A DNA stretch of 64,000 nt. Origin: an uncultured virus (IMG/VR IMGVR_UViG_3300027396_000015) (lineage: Duplodnaviria > Heunggongvirae > Uroviricota > Caudoviricetes). The stretch lies in IMG/VR virus record IMGVR_UViG_3300027396_000015, one strand, 5' to 3'. Position numbers and translations under genes: made by a program. This document shows positions 50,929 through 60,363 of the stretch, piece by piece (the stretch's first letter is position 1; every line of letters begins with the position of its first letter). Below the pieces are notes generated by a model, which saw only the letters and a list, made by a program, of their open reading frames with translations, was not told where the DNA came from and did not search any database.

Positions 50929-52323
50929 TTATTTTTTTGATATCTTTTTGAAGGTATCAACGATTTTAGACTGTGTTCCATCTGTTACACTTGCACTAGA
51001 ACTAGAGTCTGTTTTAGCAGGAGTATGGCCTGCTGGATTTAAATTTTCATGTCCTGACCACGGTTCGTGCTGTGGAATTCGCTTGGGCGCACTAGCCGAT
51101 CCGCAGGTCGATGCCGCAGGGCCGTTCATATGAATTTGGCTGGCTGTTTCAACATGGTTGCCGCCGGCACTGATATTGCTCTGTCCGCTAACTGTTAATT
51201 TGCTGTCTGCACCTACAGACACTAACCAGTCTGCACCCGTTTCCGTGTGCATTTTTTCTCCGGCAATTAAATTTATATTTCTACCGGCTTTCATATTAAT
51301 ATCTCTGTCTGCTGTAATATTTAGGTCGTTTTTAGTATGGATACTAATGCTGTCTTCGGCAAAAATATCTATCTTTCCGTTGCTAGTCAATTCGATCCAA
51401 GTAGTACCTCGAGCATTACCTATGTAAATTAAATCTTCACTATTGTGTAAAAGAATCTGATGTCCAGTTCTTGTCCTAATACGAAATAATTCATTGTGAG
51501 GTATATCTTTGCTGCCGCCTTTGTCATCTACAGACACATAATTAGAAGCAGTTTCTGAAGCATGTCCTGTTCGTAGATAATTTTCATCGCCGTCATCCAT
51601 TACTAAAGTTGTGCCGCCTAAACGACTAACAAAGGCTCCTTTAACAGGATTTTCTTTTGTTCCAACTGTACCGCGTGCCTGTCCAGATAATCTATCTACA
51701 GGCCCTGGGGTACTAATACCAAATACATTACTTGGGCTTTCTCTGCGAGCAGAGCTAGTTGTTATGCCTCTAATTTCATCTGTTAGTAAACCTTGTGTGC
51801 TTAATACTCCTGTAAACGGATGTACAGGTTTTTTAATTTGTGTAGCATCAGGTTGATTTCCTGTATTAAGTTTTTTATTGTATTCTGCTACAGGTTCTTT
51901 TGCTGGAGGAATTTTTGTATTCAATTCCGTTGCGGCAATTCCAGGAATCATAAAATTCATGTATTCATCCTGAACACAGCCTAGCCAGAAACCTTTGCTA
52001 GTATCGCCTTCAATAAAAATAACAACAACTATTCCTCCTTCAGTTGGCGGCACCATCCACATACCGTAACTTTTTTGTGTGTCGTCATAGGTATTATTTT
52101 TTCCCACATGCTCTAAACTAGTAACACCATAAAATGGACTTAGATACTGTACAGGATATGTGCTACCTTCACTGTTTGGTATATTACCAACATCACGCAA
52201 TAACTGTACATGGAGTGTGCCCATATATTTGTTATCTTCATTTCTAACTACTCTTGCCAAGTGAGGGCCTGGATCAACTCTTCCACCGCTTACTTCATTA
52301 CTTCTATTATTTTCATTAGACAT
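50929..52323 (-). CDS. Baseplate hub / spike protein (gp5/VgrG-like, no lysozyme domain)
   Basis: OB-fold SYGMWMVPP..VVVIFIEGD, RTRTGHQILLH, beta-helix repeats, IHMNGP. Confidence 0.78.
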   Translation of the reverse strand: MSNENNRSNEVSGGRVDPGPHLARVVRNEDNKYMGTLHVQLLRDVGNIPNSEGSTYPVQYLSPFYGVTSLEHVGKNNTYDDTQKSYGMWMVPPTEGGIVVVIFIEGDTSKGFWLGCVQDEYMNFMIPGIAATELNTKIPPAKEPVAEYNKKLNTGNQPDATQIKKPVHPFTGVLSTQGLLTDEIRGITTSSARRESPSNVFGISTPGPVDRLSGQARGTVGTKENPVKGAFVSRLGGTTLVMDDGDENYLRTGHASETASNYVSVDDKGGSKDIPHNELFRIRTRTGHQILLHNSEDLIYIGNARGTTWIELTSNGKIDIFAEDSISIHTKNDLNITADRDINMKAGRNINLIAGEKMHTETGADWLVSVGADSKLTVSGQSNISAGGNHVETASQIHMNGPAASTCGSASAPKRIPQHEPWSGHENLNPAGHTPAKTDSSSSASVTDGTQSKIVDTFKKISKK

Positions 52324-54758
52324 TATGCGCCGCCTCTTGGTCTTCCTGGAATTGGTATTCCTGTATTAGTGTATTCAACTTGACTTTCTCTCGATCCTTT
52401 AGAAACAGAATCGATTGACTTCTTAGCAGTTTCTCCTGGACGTTGTGTTAATGATTTACCTTCGTCTGTGTTAGGCGGTAATACATTTTCACCTTTATAT
52501 CCAGTATGATAAACTCCAGTATTACCTGTCTTAGGATCTGTCCAAGTAAATCTGCCGCCGCTATTTCCTGCACTCTTTCTTGCAGATGCAAATGCCTGTG
52601 CAAACGTTTGTTGTTTTGGAGGTTCAGGTTTGTTTGTTGCTTGTTCTGCTACAGGAACTTCTTGTTTTTTAACATCTTGTTTAGTTTCAGCCGGTGCTTC
52701 TTTAACTGGTTCTTGTATTGGTCTGCGTATTGCTTTTAATGTTTGTGTAAATTTTCCGCCTTTAAAGACGTTTGTAACTTCTTGAACATTATACAACCCA
52801 CTAAATCCTGCATTTTGAACACCAGACATAAAGTCCATGTTTCCGGTGATAGAATTATAATCCGATGGTGTTCTAAAATTAACGATAACATCGACTTCGC
52901 CACTTTGATAATTCATTGCGCCACTGGATGTTTCATTAAAGTTTGCAGGAATGTCACTGAAATTTCCCATACCACTATCGGCAATATAGTAAGGGTCTCC
53001 TAGTATTTCTATGTCTGCTGTCATTAAATCTGCTTGACTGTTTAGTAATGCTTCGTAAAAGTTTTTAGCAACTAAACTACGATAGTCATCGTTTGGACCG
53101 CCACCAGCATTTTTATATCTTCTAAATGTTTCGCCTACAGGAACAACTGGAGCACCTTTTTCAACAGCATTTTTGTTTGCTTCGTCGTTGGTCGGTTGTC
53201 CTGCGGAACCTACGCCTTGGCCATTAATTTGCGGGTACACCGCGCCGGATAGTGCGTTTTTATCTGCATAAGCCGTTGTAAACAATCCTGCTTTTAATTG
53301 AATATTAAAAGTAAGAATATCTACGTTTTTGCCAGTGTAAATGTAATTGTATTCTTTAACTGCATTCTTTTTTAATTCATCGTAACCCTGTGGCTGTGCG
53401 CCTGGAGGTTTAAATCTGTGCTCGTGTACAAGATATTCAACAATTTTAAAAACATAAAGTTTAGGAATCTTTGCCCTGTTATTGTTTCCAGGCTGTGGCT
53501 TTAAATTGAATACCTGTGTTTCAATTCTAAACCATTTTTTAAATCCCATTTTGTCTGAAGGCGCCGTTGTGTTTGTTTTACAAAATTCGCTCATCAACAA
53601 TACTTCTGTAATAGCATTAACTATTGTTGTGCCTTGGCCAAATTTAAAAACTTTATCCTTAGGATCGTAGACGTTGTCTTTTCTAGAGTTAGGCTTGTCT
53701 GGGTCTTTTTGTATTTGATCTTTAGGTTTTAATTGACTGTCTCCGCCAGTGTCTAGGTCAAATCCCATTTTTGATTTACCTATATCGTTTAAAGATTCTG
53801 AATTCTGCACGAGCATTTTTACAGATCCTGCTGTGCCGCCCACAGAGTTACTACTTTTGTTTAATGTTAATTTTTCTTGAACTTTTTTATCTTTTGATTC
53901 CGACGATGGATTAACTGTTGCTGATTGTCCAGCATCATCTTGAATTTCTGTAGATGATATCTGTGCGCCGTCTTTAGGAAAGATTATAACAATTTCGTCT
54001 GGAACATATTCTTCTTTGCCTGTTTCACTTCCTTGTTTGGCCATTTCTTTTGTACGCTCATTGGCCCATCTTTGCAGACTATTAGTACCCGACTGTAATA
54101 TTTCCTGAACTGTTGTGCCGCTGATTTTTATATCTGATTTTAATGTGTTTACTTCGTCTGACAGTGCAGATTCGTTGTAAGGAATGGCTGTGCATTTATA
54201 TCGACAACCAGAGGCAGAAATATCCATTTCTATCTGTCCCCAAGTAAAAGGAATGTGTCGATTTAAAACGTCGTCTACAGGAATAATATTTCCTGCGCTG
54301 TCATAGCCAATAAATTCTATGGTTAACAAAAAAGGCATTTCTGTATAGTTAACCATCATACCTTGATCCGATTGTGCGGCGGCGGCTAATTGTAATGTCT
54401 GTAAAAACATTCCTAAACTATAAGGTTCAAATATTTCAAAACTTATATTTGTAGAGTTTGTTCCTTTAGTTCTTTTATCGTAGGTTATTAAACTACCTAT
54501 TTCAATGTTGTCAATATAAAAGTCGTATTTTCCTGTTGGGTTTGCCGCTGAAGTATATGCAGTCATAACTCTGTTGTCGGGTCTGCCTGCACCGCTACGT
54601 AAAATAATCTGTCCTAGTTGATTATTTTTATAACTTGTAGATGATTCTGGAAAATTTATTTGTTCACTAGTTAAAGCACTAATTGTAAAAATGCTGTTAT
54701 AGGAAGAAAATTTTTCCAGTACATTTCGTTTAATACCGATACTGTCTGTTAAAGGCAT
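52323..54758 (-). CDS. Baseplate hub protein (gp27/gp44-like)
   Basis: FEIFEPYS, PFLLTIEFIG, KEYNYIYTGKNVDIL, IEILGDPYYI, FSGLYNVQEVTNVFKGGKFTQTL. Confidence 0.6.
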   Translation of the reverse strand: MPLTDSIGIKRNVLEKFSSYNSIFTISALTSEQINFPESSTSYKNNQLGQIILRSGAGRPDNRVMTAYTSAANPTGKYDFYIDNIEIGSLITYDKRTKGTNSTNISFEIFEPYSLGMFLQTLQLAAAAQSDQGMMVNYTEMPFLLTIEFIGYDSAGNIIPVDDVLNRHIPFTWGQIEMDISASGCRYKCTAIPYNESALSDEVNTLKSDIKISGTTVQEILQSGTNSLQRWANERTKEMAKQGSETGKEEYVPDEIVIIFPKDGAQISSTEIQDDAGQSATVNPSSESKDKKVQEKLTLNKSSNSVGGTAGSVKMLVQNSESLNDIGKSKMGFDLDTGGDSQLKPKDQIQKDPDKPNSRKDNVYDPKDKVFKFGQGTTIVNAITEVLLMSEFCKTNTTAPSDKMGFKKWFRIETQVFNLKPQPGNNNRAKIPKLYVFKIVEYLVHEHRFKPPGAQPQGYDELKKNAVKEYNYIYTGKNVDILTFNIQLKAGLFTTAYADKNALSGAVYPQINGQGVGSAGQPTNDEANKNAVEKGAPVVPVGETFRRYKNAGGGPNDDYRSLVAKNFYEALLNSQADLMTADIEILGDPYYIADSGMGNFSDIPANFNETSSGAMNYQSGEVDVIVNFRTPSDYNSITGNMDFMSGVQNAGFSGLYNVQEVTNVFKGGKFTQTLKAIRRPIQEPVKEAPAETKQDVKKQEVPVAEQATNKPEPPKQQTFAQAFASARKSAGNSGGRFTWTDPKTGNTGVYHTGYKGENVLPPNTDEGKSLTQRPGETAKKSIDSVSKGSRESQVEYTNTGIPIPGRPRGGA

Positions 54759-54759
54759 A

Positions 54760-55059
54760 TTATAATCCTAACACATCGAATAAACTAGATTTTTTAGGAA
54801 TGTAAATTTTTACTCCAGATCTAAAATCAAAAATTGGATCTTTTATAGTGTCCATATTACGTTGCATGAACACCCACCATAATTTAGTAGAGCCATACAA
54901 GTCATATGCTAATAAATCAGGTCTGTGATTGTACTGCGGTTCAATTGTATAAACCCAATCGTCTGGCTCTGCACTAACTGGGCGCACATTGATAGGTGCA
55001 AGAAATCCTGGAAGTTCTTGTGTTTTAAACCACGGGCTTTTATTGTTATACGTTACCAT
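54760..55059 (-). CDS. Baseplate wedge protein (gp53/LysM-like)
   Basis: HRPDLLAYDLYGSTKLWWVF..N..DPIFDF..G..IYIP. Confidence 0.8.
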   Translation of the reverse strand: MVTYNNKSPWFKTQELPGFLAPINVRPVSAEPDDWVYTIEPQYNHRPDLLAYDLYGSTKLWWVFMQRNMDTIKDPIFDFRSGVKIYIPKKSSLFDVLGL

Positions 55060-55946
55060 TAAATGAATCCTGATTTATTGTTACCTGAACCAAGTACATA
55101 GTCTCCTTTGATAAACTTATCAAGGCTAAAGTTTCTAACTTGTTCTCTACTGTACAATGGCTGTACTGTAACTGTAATTGTACTTTTAACTGGTGCCCAC
55201 GCGACACCTTGTCCTACGCTGGATCCTGGAATGTTAATTCCAACTAAAGATGCTGCCTTTGATACTACACCTGCACTAGGTGCGCCGGCAGATAGTCCTG
55301 TAGAAATATAATCACAATCATTAGGTAATTCTATTGAAAAGTTTGTAACTACCACAGGCACATCTTTGAATACATAATCTCCGTATCCGTTAAGTTTTAA
55401 TACTGGAGGAGGTGCTCCTGCATTTGTGTCAGAACCGAATGCCATCTTTGTTACTGATTTTAGATAATGTACTGCGGCAATCCAGTATGCGGCTTCCACA
55501 GCATCTTCGCAGAAAAACTGTCCTGTAATTGTCATTGCATCAACTTTGCTGTTTTCATAAGACAAGAAAGGATAATTATTGTGTACAGGTGTCATTGGCT
55601 GGTAGTTTGCCGTATGTTGCATCTGTATTGAGGGCGTAAAAGGAAACACCATACCATTGGTTTCTATCAACGGACGCATAATAGAACTAGATTTATATGC
55701 TGGGTTAGTTGGGAGGCTTAAACGCACTCTCCAATCTCTACTTGCAGATGAACTAAAAATTGCAGATGCTGGATTACTTTTTGCGCCTGTTTCTCCGCCC
55801 GGGAGTAAATTAACGCTACGTAATGCCGCGCCAAACCCTTCCGTTTTTAATGTGTTTACCGTATTCCCGATAGTACCCAATGTACCGGCTACAGAGCCAG
55901 CAATAGATCTAGCACCGCTAACAAAATTGTTTAAGTCTAATGGCAT
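55059..55946 (-). CDS. Tail tube initiator / baseplate protein (gp48/gp54-like)
   Basis: GMVFPFTPSI, GAPPPVLKLNGYG..FKDVPVVVTNFSIELP. Confidence 0.65.
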   Translation of the reverse strand: MPLDLNNFVSGARSIAGSVAGTLGTIGNTVNTLKTEGFGAALRSVNLLPGGETGAKSNPASAIFSSSASRDWRVRLSLPTNPAYKSSSIMRPLIETNGMVFPFTPSIQMQHTANYQPMTPVHNNYPFLSYENSKVDAMTITGQFFCEDAVEAAYWIAAVHYLKSVTKMAFGSDTNAGAPPPVLKLNGYGDYVFKDVPVVVTNFSIELPNDCDYISTGLSAGAPSAGVVSKAASLVGINIPGSSVGQGVAWAPVKSTITVTVQPLYSREQVRNFSLDKFIKGDYVLGSGNNKSGFI

Positions 55947-55968
55947 TTTTGGTTATCCTTGTTAAACA

Positions 55969-55976
55969 TATTTATT
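55969..55976 (-). promoter_or_regulatory. T4-like late promoter box for the baseplate operon
   Basis: AATAAATA on - strand, upstream of AAGGA SD of the 55946 gene. Confidence 0.6.
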
Positions 55977-56003
55977 GACTTTATTAAGTGCATAGTTTAT
56001 AAT
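55975..56003 (+). promoter_or_regulatory. sigma70 promoter for late sigma gene
   Basis: TTGACT(55975)-17-TATAAT(55998). Confidence 0.8.
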
Positions 56004-56027
56004 TTATAGTGAGGAGTCATAATTATA

Positions 56028-56858
56028 ATGAAAAAAGTTAACTACCTGAATAACAAAGATTTGTTATCCGAGATACACAAAAGTAAGAACTCTTACTGTA
56101 GTTTTGTTAAGCCAGAGTACCATCAATACGACTTAATACTACCAAGTTTAGAAAAAATTAACATTAGAACCATCGCAGAAGCCAAAAGAGTTAAGGCTAA
56201 ACGACAGCAACAACAAGCATTTGAAGCGGCTAAAGCCGTAAACCCCAAAGTTAAAGTAGCCGAGTTTGAAGTAGATTATAAGAAAATTGAAAAAACTGAT
56301 TTAGTTTTTAGAATTATGACTTACGATCACATTCCGCTAGAACCTGGGCGTAAACGTACACCAAAAAGTCAGGCGGATCATAGAGAGAAAGTAAATTTTC
56401 CAGCGTTCCAGCACTGGAAATTTGACGACAATGACGAACTAATATGTGTAGGTAAAAGCCACTGGAAGGGCGGAATGATTAAGGGCAAGTTCAGTAAAGA
56501 TCATGGTCAAATTACAGACACACTAGCCCGTATGTATATCAAACTCTGCGAACGATATGCTACCAGAGGTAACGTTAGAGGTTATACTTACAATGACGAA
56601 ATGAAGGGTCAAGCAATCCTTCAACTTACACAAATAGGATTACAATTTGATGAAAGCAAAAGTGATAACCCTTTCGCATATTTTACCGCGGCAGTCACGA
56701 ATTCGTTTGTCCGTGTCATTAATATCGAAAAGAAAATGCAAAACATCCGAGACGATATCTTGCAAGAAAATGGTATGAACCCAAGTTACACCCGTATGAT
56801 TAATCAAGAATACGATAACGCAATGAAACGAGAGAATACACCGGCCGCAGAAGATTGA
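56028..56858 (+). CDS. Late-transcription sigma factor (T4 gp55-like)
   Basis: NYLNNKDLLSEI, RGYTYNDEM, FDESKSDNPFAYFT...NSFVRVINIEKK; precedes gp47/gp46 as in T4-like phages. Confidence 0.85.
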   Translation: MKKVNYLNNKDLLSEIHKSKNSYCSFVKPEYHQYDLILPSLEKINIRTIAEAKRVKAKRQQQQAFEAAKAVNPKVKVAEFEVDYKKIEKTDLVFRIMTYDHIPLEPGRKRTPKSQADHREKVNFPAFQHWKFDDNDELICVGKSHWKGGMIKGKFSKDHGQITDTLARMYIKLCERYATRGNVRGYTYNDEMKGQAILQLTQIGLQFDESKSDNPFAYFTAAVTNSFVRVINIEKKMQNIRDDILQENGMNPSYTRMINQEYDNAMKRENTPAAED

Positions 56859-56884
56859 CACGGCTGTTGTATTTTTGCTATAAT
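56855..56884 (+). promoter_or_regulatory. sigma70 promoter with extended -10
   Basis: TTGACA(56855)-18-TATAAT(56879) preceded by TGn. Confidence 0.75.
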
Positions 56885-56901
56885 AACCAAAAAGGATTAT
56901 A

Positions 56902-57906
56902 ATGTTTAAAAAAGTTGCGTGTTTTACAGACATACACTTTGGATTAAAATCGAACTCTAGTACACATAATCAGGACTGCGAAGAATTCGTAGATTGGTTT
57001 ATTGCTGAGGCTAAAAAGGAAGGATGTGATACTGGCATCTTCCTAGGCGATTGGCATCACAATCGAAACAGTCTTAATATGTTGACTATGCACAGTTCAA
57101 TCCGCTGTTTAGAAAAACTGGGCAAGGCATTTGATCAGTTTTACTTCTTTCCAGGCAATCACGACTTATACTATAAGGATAAGCGTGATGTACACTCAGT
57201 TGACTGGGGCAGACATATTCCAGGAGTAACTGTTATCAGCGAAATTACTACCATAGATGATGTTACACTAGTTCCTTGGTTAGTAGGCGATGAGTGGAAA
57301 AAGATGGAAAAGTTAAAAAGTCGTTATGTGTTTGGACACTTTGAACTTCCGTTGTTTATGATGAACGCAATGGTGCAGATGCCGGACCACGGTGAGTTAC
57401 AGGCCAGCAACTTTAAGAACCCTGAATATGTATTCAGCGGGCACTTTCATAAACGCCAAGCAAAAGAAAATATTGTTTACATTGGTAATGCGTTTCCGCA
57501 CAACTATGCAGATGCTTGGGACGACGACAGAGGCATGATGATTTTAGAACACGGAAAGAAGCCTGTGTATAAAGTTTGGAACGATGCTCCTAAGTTTAAG
57601 ACTGTAAAACTGAGTCAACTTATTGACGAATCCGAAACACTAATTCTTCCTAAAACATATCTACGTGTAGGTATTGATATTGATATTAGTTTCGAAGAAG
57701 CCAGTTTTATTAAAGAAACATTTATGGCTCAGGAAAATATCAGAGAACTTACATTAATTCCTGAGAAGAAAGACGTAGAAATTAACACTAACCTTGATGT
57801 CCAACAGTTTGAAAGTGTAGATCAAATTGTTAGTAATCAAATTGCCAGCATACAAAGCGACACATACGATCCTAAAGTATTACTCGCGATTTATAATAAC
57901 CTATGA
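56902..57906 (+). CDS. Recombination endonuclease subunit (gp47 / Mre11-SbcD-like)
   Basis: FTDIHFG, FLGDWHH, PGNHD, FGHFE, FSGHFH. Confidence 0.92.
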   Translation: MFKKVACFTDIHFGLKSNSSTHNQDCEEFVDWFIAEAKKEGCDTGIFLGDWHHNRNSLNMLTMHSSIRCLEKLGKAFDQFYFFPGNHDLYYKDKRDVHSVDWGRHIPGVTVISEITTIDDVTLVPWLVGDEWKKMEKLKSRYVFGHFELPLFMMNAMVQMPDHGELQASNFKNPEYVFSGHFHKRQAKENIVYIGNAFPHNYADAWDDDRGMMILEHGKKPVYKVWNDAPKFKTVKLSQLIDESETLILPKTYLRVGIDIDISFEEASFIKETFMAQENIRELTLIPEKKDVEINTNLDVQQFESVDQIVSNQIASIQSDTYDPKVLLAIYNNL

Positions 57907-59684
57907 TTAGAATAAAAGACTTAACAGTTAAAAATTTCATGAGTGTAGGTAATGCTACACAGGCAGTAGATTTTGGTAAAGAACAACTTACCCTCGTCTT
58001 AGGCGAGAACTTGGACCAAGGAGGTGACGATTCCGGCTCTCGAAACGGCACGGGTAAGACCACTATCGTAAATGCACTAAGTTATGGGCTTTACGGACAG
58101 GCGTTGACTAACATTAAGAAGGATAATCTTATTAACAAGATTAATTCTAAGAATATGTTAGTTACTGTTGAGTTTGAAAAAGACGGACGTTTATACAGAA
58201 TCGAACGTGGGCGCAAACCTAACATATTAAAATTCTATGTCGACGAGCAAGAACAAGAAAATGCAGATGTAGATGACGAAGGTCAAGGCGATAGTCGAGA
58301 AACACAGAAAGATATTGATGAATTACTAGGCATGAGTCATGATATGTTCAAGCACATTGTTGCATTGAACACTTATACTGAGCCATTTCTTAGTATGCGG
58401 GCCAACGACCAGCGTGTAATTATTGAACAATTACTAGGTATTACACTTTTAAGTGAAAAAGCAGAAACTCTCAAAGAGCAAGTACGTATTACTAAAGAAG
58501 AAATTACACAGGAAAGTGCTAGAATTGATGCTGTAAAGAAAAGCAATGATAAAATTCAAGAAAGCATCGACAGTTTAAAATTAAAACAAGCGGCTTGGCA
58601 ACGTAGTAAAGATGCAGACATTAGTAAAATACAAAAAGCCATAGATGAGCTGGCTGGCGTGGATATTGATGCAGAAATTGCACAGCATGAAAAGTTAAAA
58701 GTATATGACGAACAAGCGGCTAGAATTAAAAGTCTTAACAAAGAAAAGGCTACCTTAGAAACTGCTGTGATGCAGGCTGATAAAACTGTACGAAAGTATC
58801 AGAAAGAAGTAGAACGACTAGAACACAAGACTTGTCCTGCGTGTGAACAAGAACTGCACGATCATAAACATGAAGAAATGATTAAAGCGGCAGAGAAAAA
58901 TCTCGCTGATGCAGATACATACTTGTCCAAGGTAGCGGGAGATCTCGAGTTGATTATAAAGGAACTTGAGTCTATTGGAGACATCAACGGTCGTCCACAG
59001 ACTTTCTATGACACACTAAACGAAGCCTATAATCATAGGTCTAATTTAGATAGCCTTGCTGTACAATTAAAAAATAAACAAGAAGAACGCGATACTTACC
59101 AAGAGCAGATTACTGAATTAGAGAATACTGCACTTCAAGAAGTAGCGTGGGACTCTGTTAACAGTTTAAATCTAATGAAAGAGCATCAAGAGTTTTTATT
59201 AAAACTGTTAACTTCAAAAGATTCGTTTATTCGTAAGAAGATTATAGATCAAAATCTTGCTTACTTGAATAACCGTCTGACTTATTACCTTGATAAGGTG
59301 GGTCTACCTCACACCGTTGTATTCCAAAATGACCTAACGGTAGAAATAACCCAACTCGGGCAGGACTTAGATTTTGATAACCTGTCACGAGGAGAAAGGA
59401 ATCGCTTAATCTTAGGATTGTCGTGGGCGTTCCGCGATGTCTGGGAATCATTATACCAGAACATTAATCTCTTATTCATAGATGAACTTATCGATAGCGG
59501 TATGGACGCCAATGGCGTTGAAAACTCTCTGGGTGTTTTGAAGAAAATGGGCAGAGAACGTAATAAGAACATCTATCTAATTTCTCATAGGGATGAATTA
59601 GTGGGTCGAGTGAACAACGTGCTCAAGGTAATAAAAGAAAACGGGTTCACAAGTTATGCTAACGACATAGAAGTTTATGACTGA
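57903..59684 (+). CDS. Recombination ATPase subunit (gp46 / Rad50-SbcC-like)
   Basis: KNFMSVGN, Walker A NGTGKTT, coiled coil with CPAC zinc hook, LSRGE, LLFIDE, ISH. Confidence 0.93.
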   Translation: MIRIKDLTVKNFMSVGNATQAVDFGKEQLTLVLGENLDQGGDDSGSRNGTGKTTIVNALSYGLYGQALTNIKKDNLINKINSKNMLVTVEFEKDGRLYRIERGRKPNILKFYVDEQEQENADVDDEGQGDSRETQKDIDELLGMSHDMFKHIVALNTYTEPFLSMRANDQRVIIEQLLGITLLSEKAETLKEQVRITKEEITQESARIDAVKKSNDKIQESIDSLKLKQAAWQRSKDADISKIQKAIDELAGVDIDAEIAQHEKLKVYDEQAARIKSLNKEKATLETAVMQADKTVRKYQKEVERLEHKTCPACEQELHDHKHEEMIKAAEKNLADADTYLSKVAGDLELIIKELESIGDINGRPQTFYDTLNEAYNHRSNLDSLAVQLKNKQEERDTYQEQITELENTALQEVAWDSVNSLNLMKEHQEFLLKLLTSKDSFIRKKIIDQNLAYLNNRLTYYLDKVGLPHTVVFQNDLTVEITQLGQDLDFDNLSRGERNRLILGLSWAFRDVWESLYQNINLLFIDELIDSGMDANGVENSLGVLKKMGRERNKNIYLISHRDELVGRVNNVLKVIKENGFTSYANDIEVYD

Positions 59685-59904
59685 CGACATCAAAGACGAC
59701 ACTCACGACCAGTTAGTTAAAGCGTTTATCGAATATTCACGCTGGAACGAACGATTTGAACGTTATGGATACTTTGCATCCAGTCAACAGGCTCGCGAAT
59801 ATCTGCGAGACATACGCGATTTATGCACAAAAAGGCGAATGGAAATACAGGCACAGCGGCGATTAAACAAAAAGGCCAAAACGACACAAGATGATTCAGA
59901 GTAA
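59677..59904 (+). CDS. Hypothetical protein
   Basis: 75 aa helical, AREYL..IR..C..RR.EIQ. Confidence 0.6.
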   Translation: MTDDIKDDTHDQLVKAFIEYSRWNERFERYGYFASSQQAREYLRDIRDLCTKRRMEIQAQRRLNKKAKTTQDDSE

Positions 59905-59919
59905 CTGGTATATATGTGC

Positions 59920-60363
59920 ATGTCGTGGCACTATCAAAATGTATTAGTTGAAGAAATACCCGAAGGCGTTATAGGCTTTGTTTATCTCATCACTAACAAC
60001 CAATCTGGACAGAAATATATAGGCAAAAAACTAGCACAGTTTAAGCGTACAAAACCACCACTCAAAGGCAAAAAACTCAAAAGACGTAGCACAGTAGAAA
60101 GCGATTGGCGCGAATATTGGGGCTCATCTGAGAGATTACAAGCAGACGTCCACGCACTAGGTCCAGAAAAATTCACAAGAGAAATACTTTATTTTTGCAA
60201 ATCCAAGGCAGAAATGTCTTATCTAGAGGCAAGAGAGCAGTTCGAACGTAGGGTTTTAGAAACTGACGACTACTATAACGGTATTATTAATGTTAGAGTA
60301 GGCGGATCAAATATACTAAGACAGCGTTTATTAGAACAAGCACAGGCAAAATCAAACGGTTAA
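59920..60363 (+). CDS. Stand-alone GIY-YIG family endonuclease
   Basis: GFVYLITN..GQKYIGKK, WREYWGSS, FTREIL, E..EQF, YYNG; basic insert KRTKPPLKGKKLKRR. Confidence 0.78.
   Translation: MSWHYQNVLVEEIPEGVIGFVYLITNNQSGQKYIGKKLAQFKRTKPPLKGKKLKRRSTVESDWREYWGSSERLQADVHALGPEKFTREILYFCKSKAEMSYLEAREQFERRVLETDDYYNGIINVRVGGSNILRQRLLEQAQAKSNG

Noticed and set aside
28899..55965. Numerous short + strand ORFs within the structural block
   Set aside because: Antisense shadows of long - strand structural genes; Ser/Pro/Val-rich, no SD
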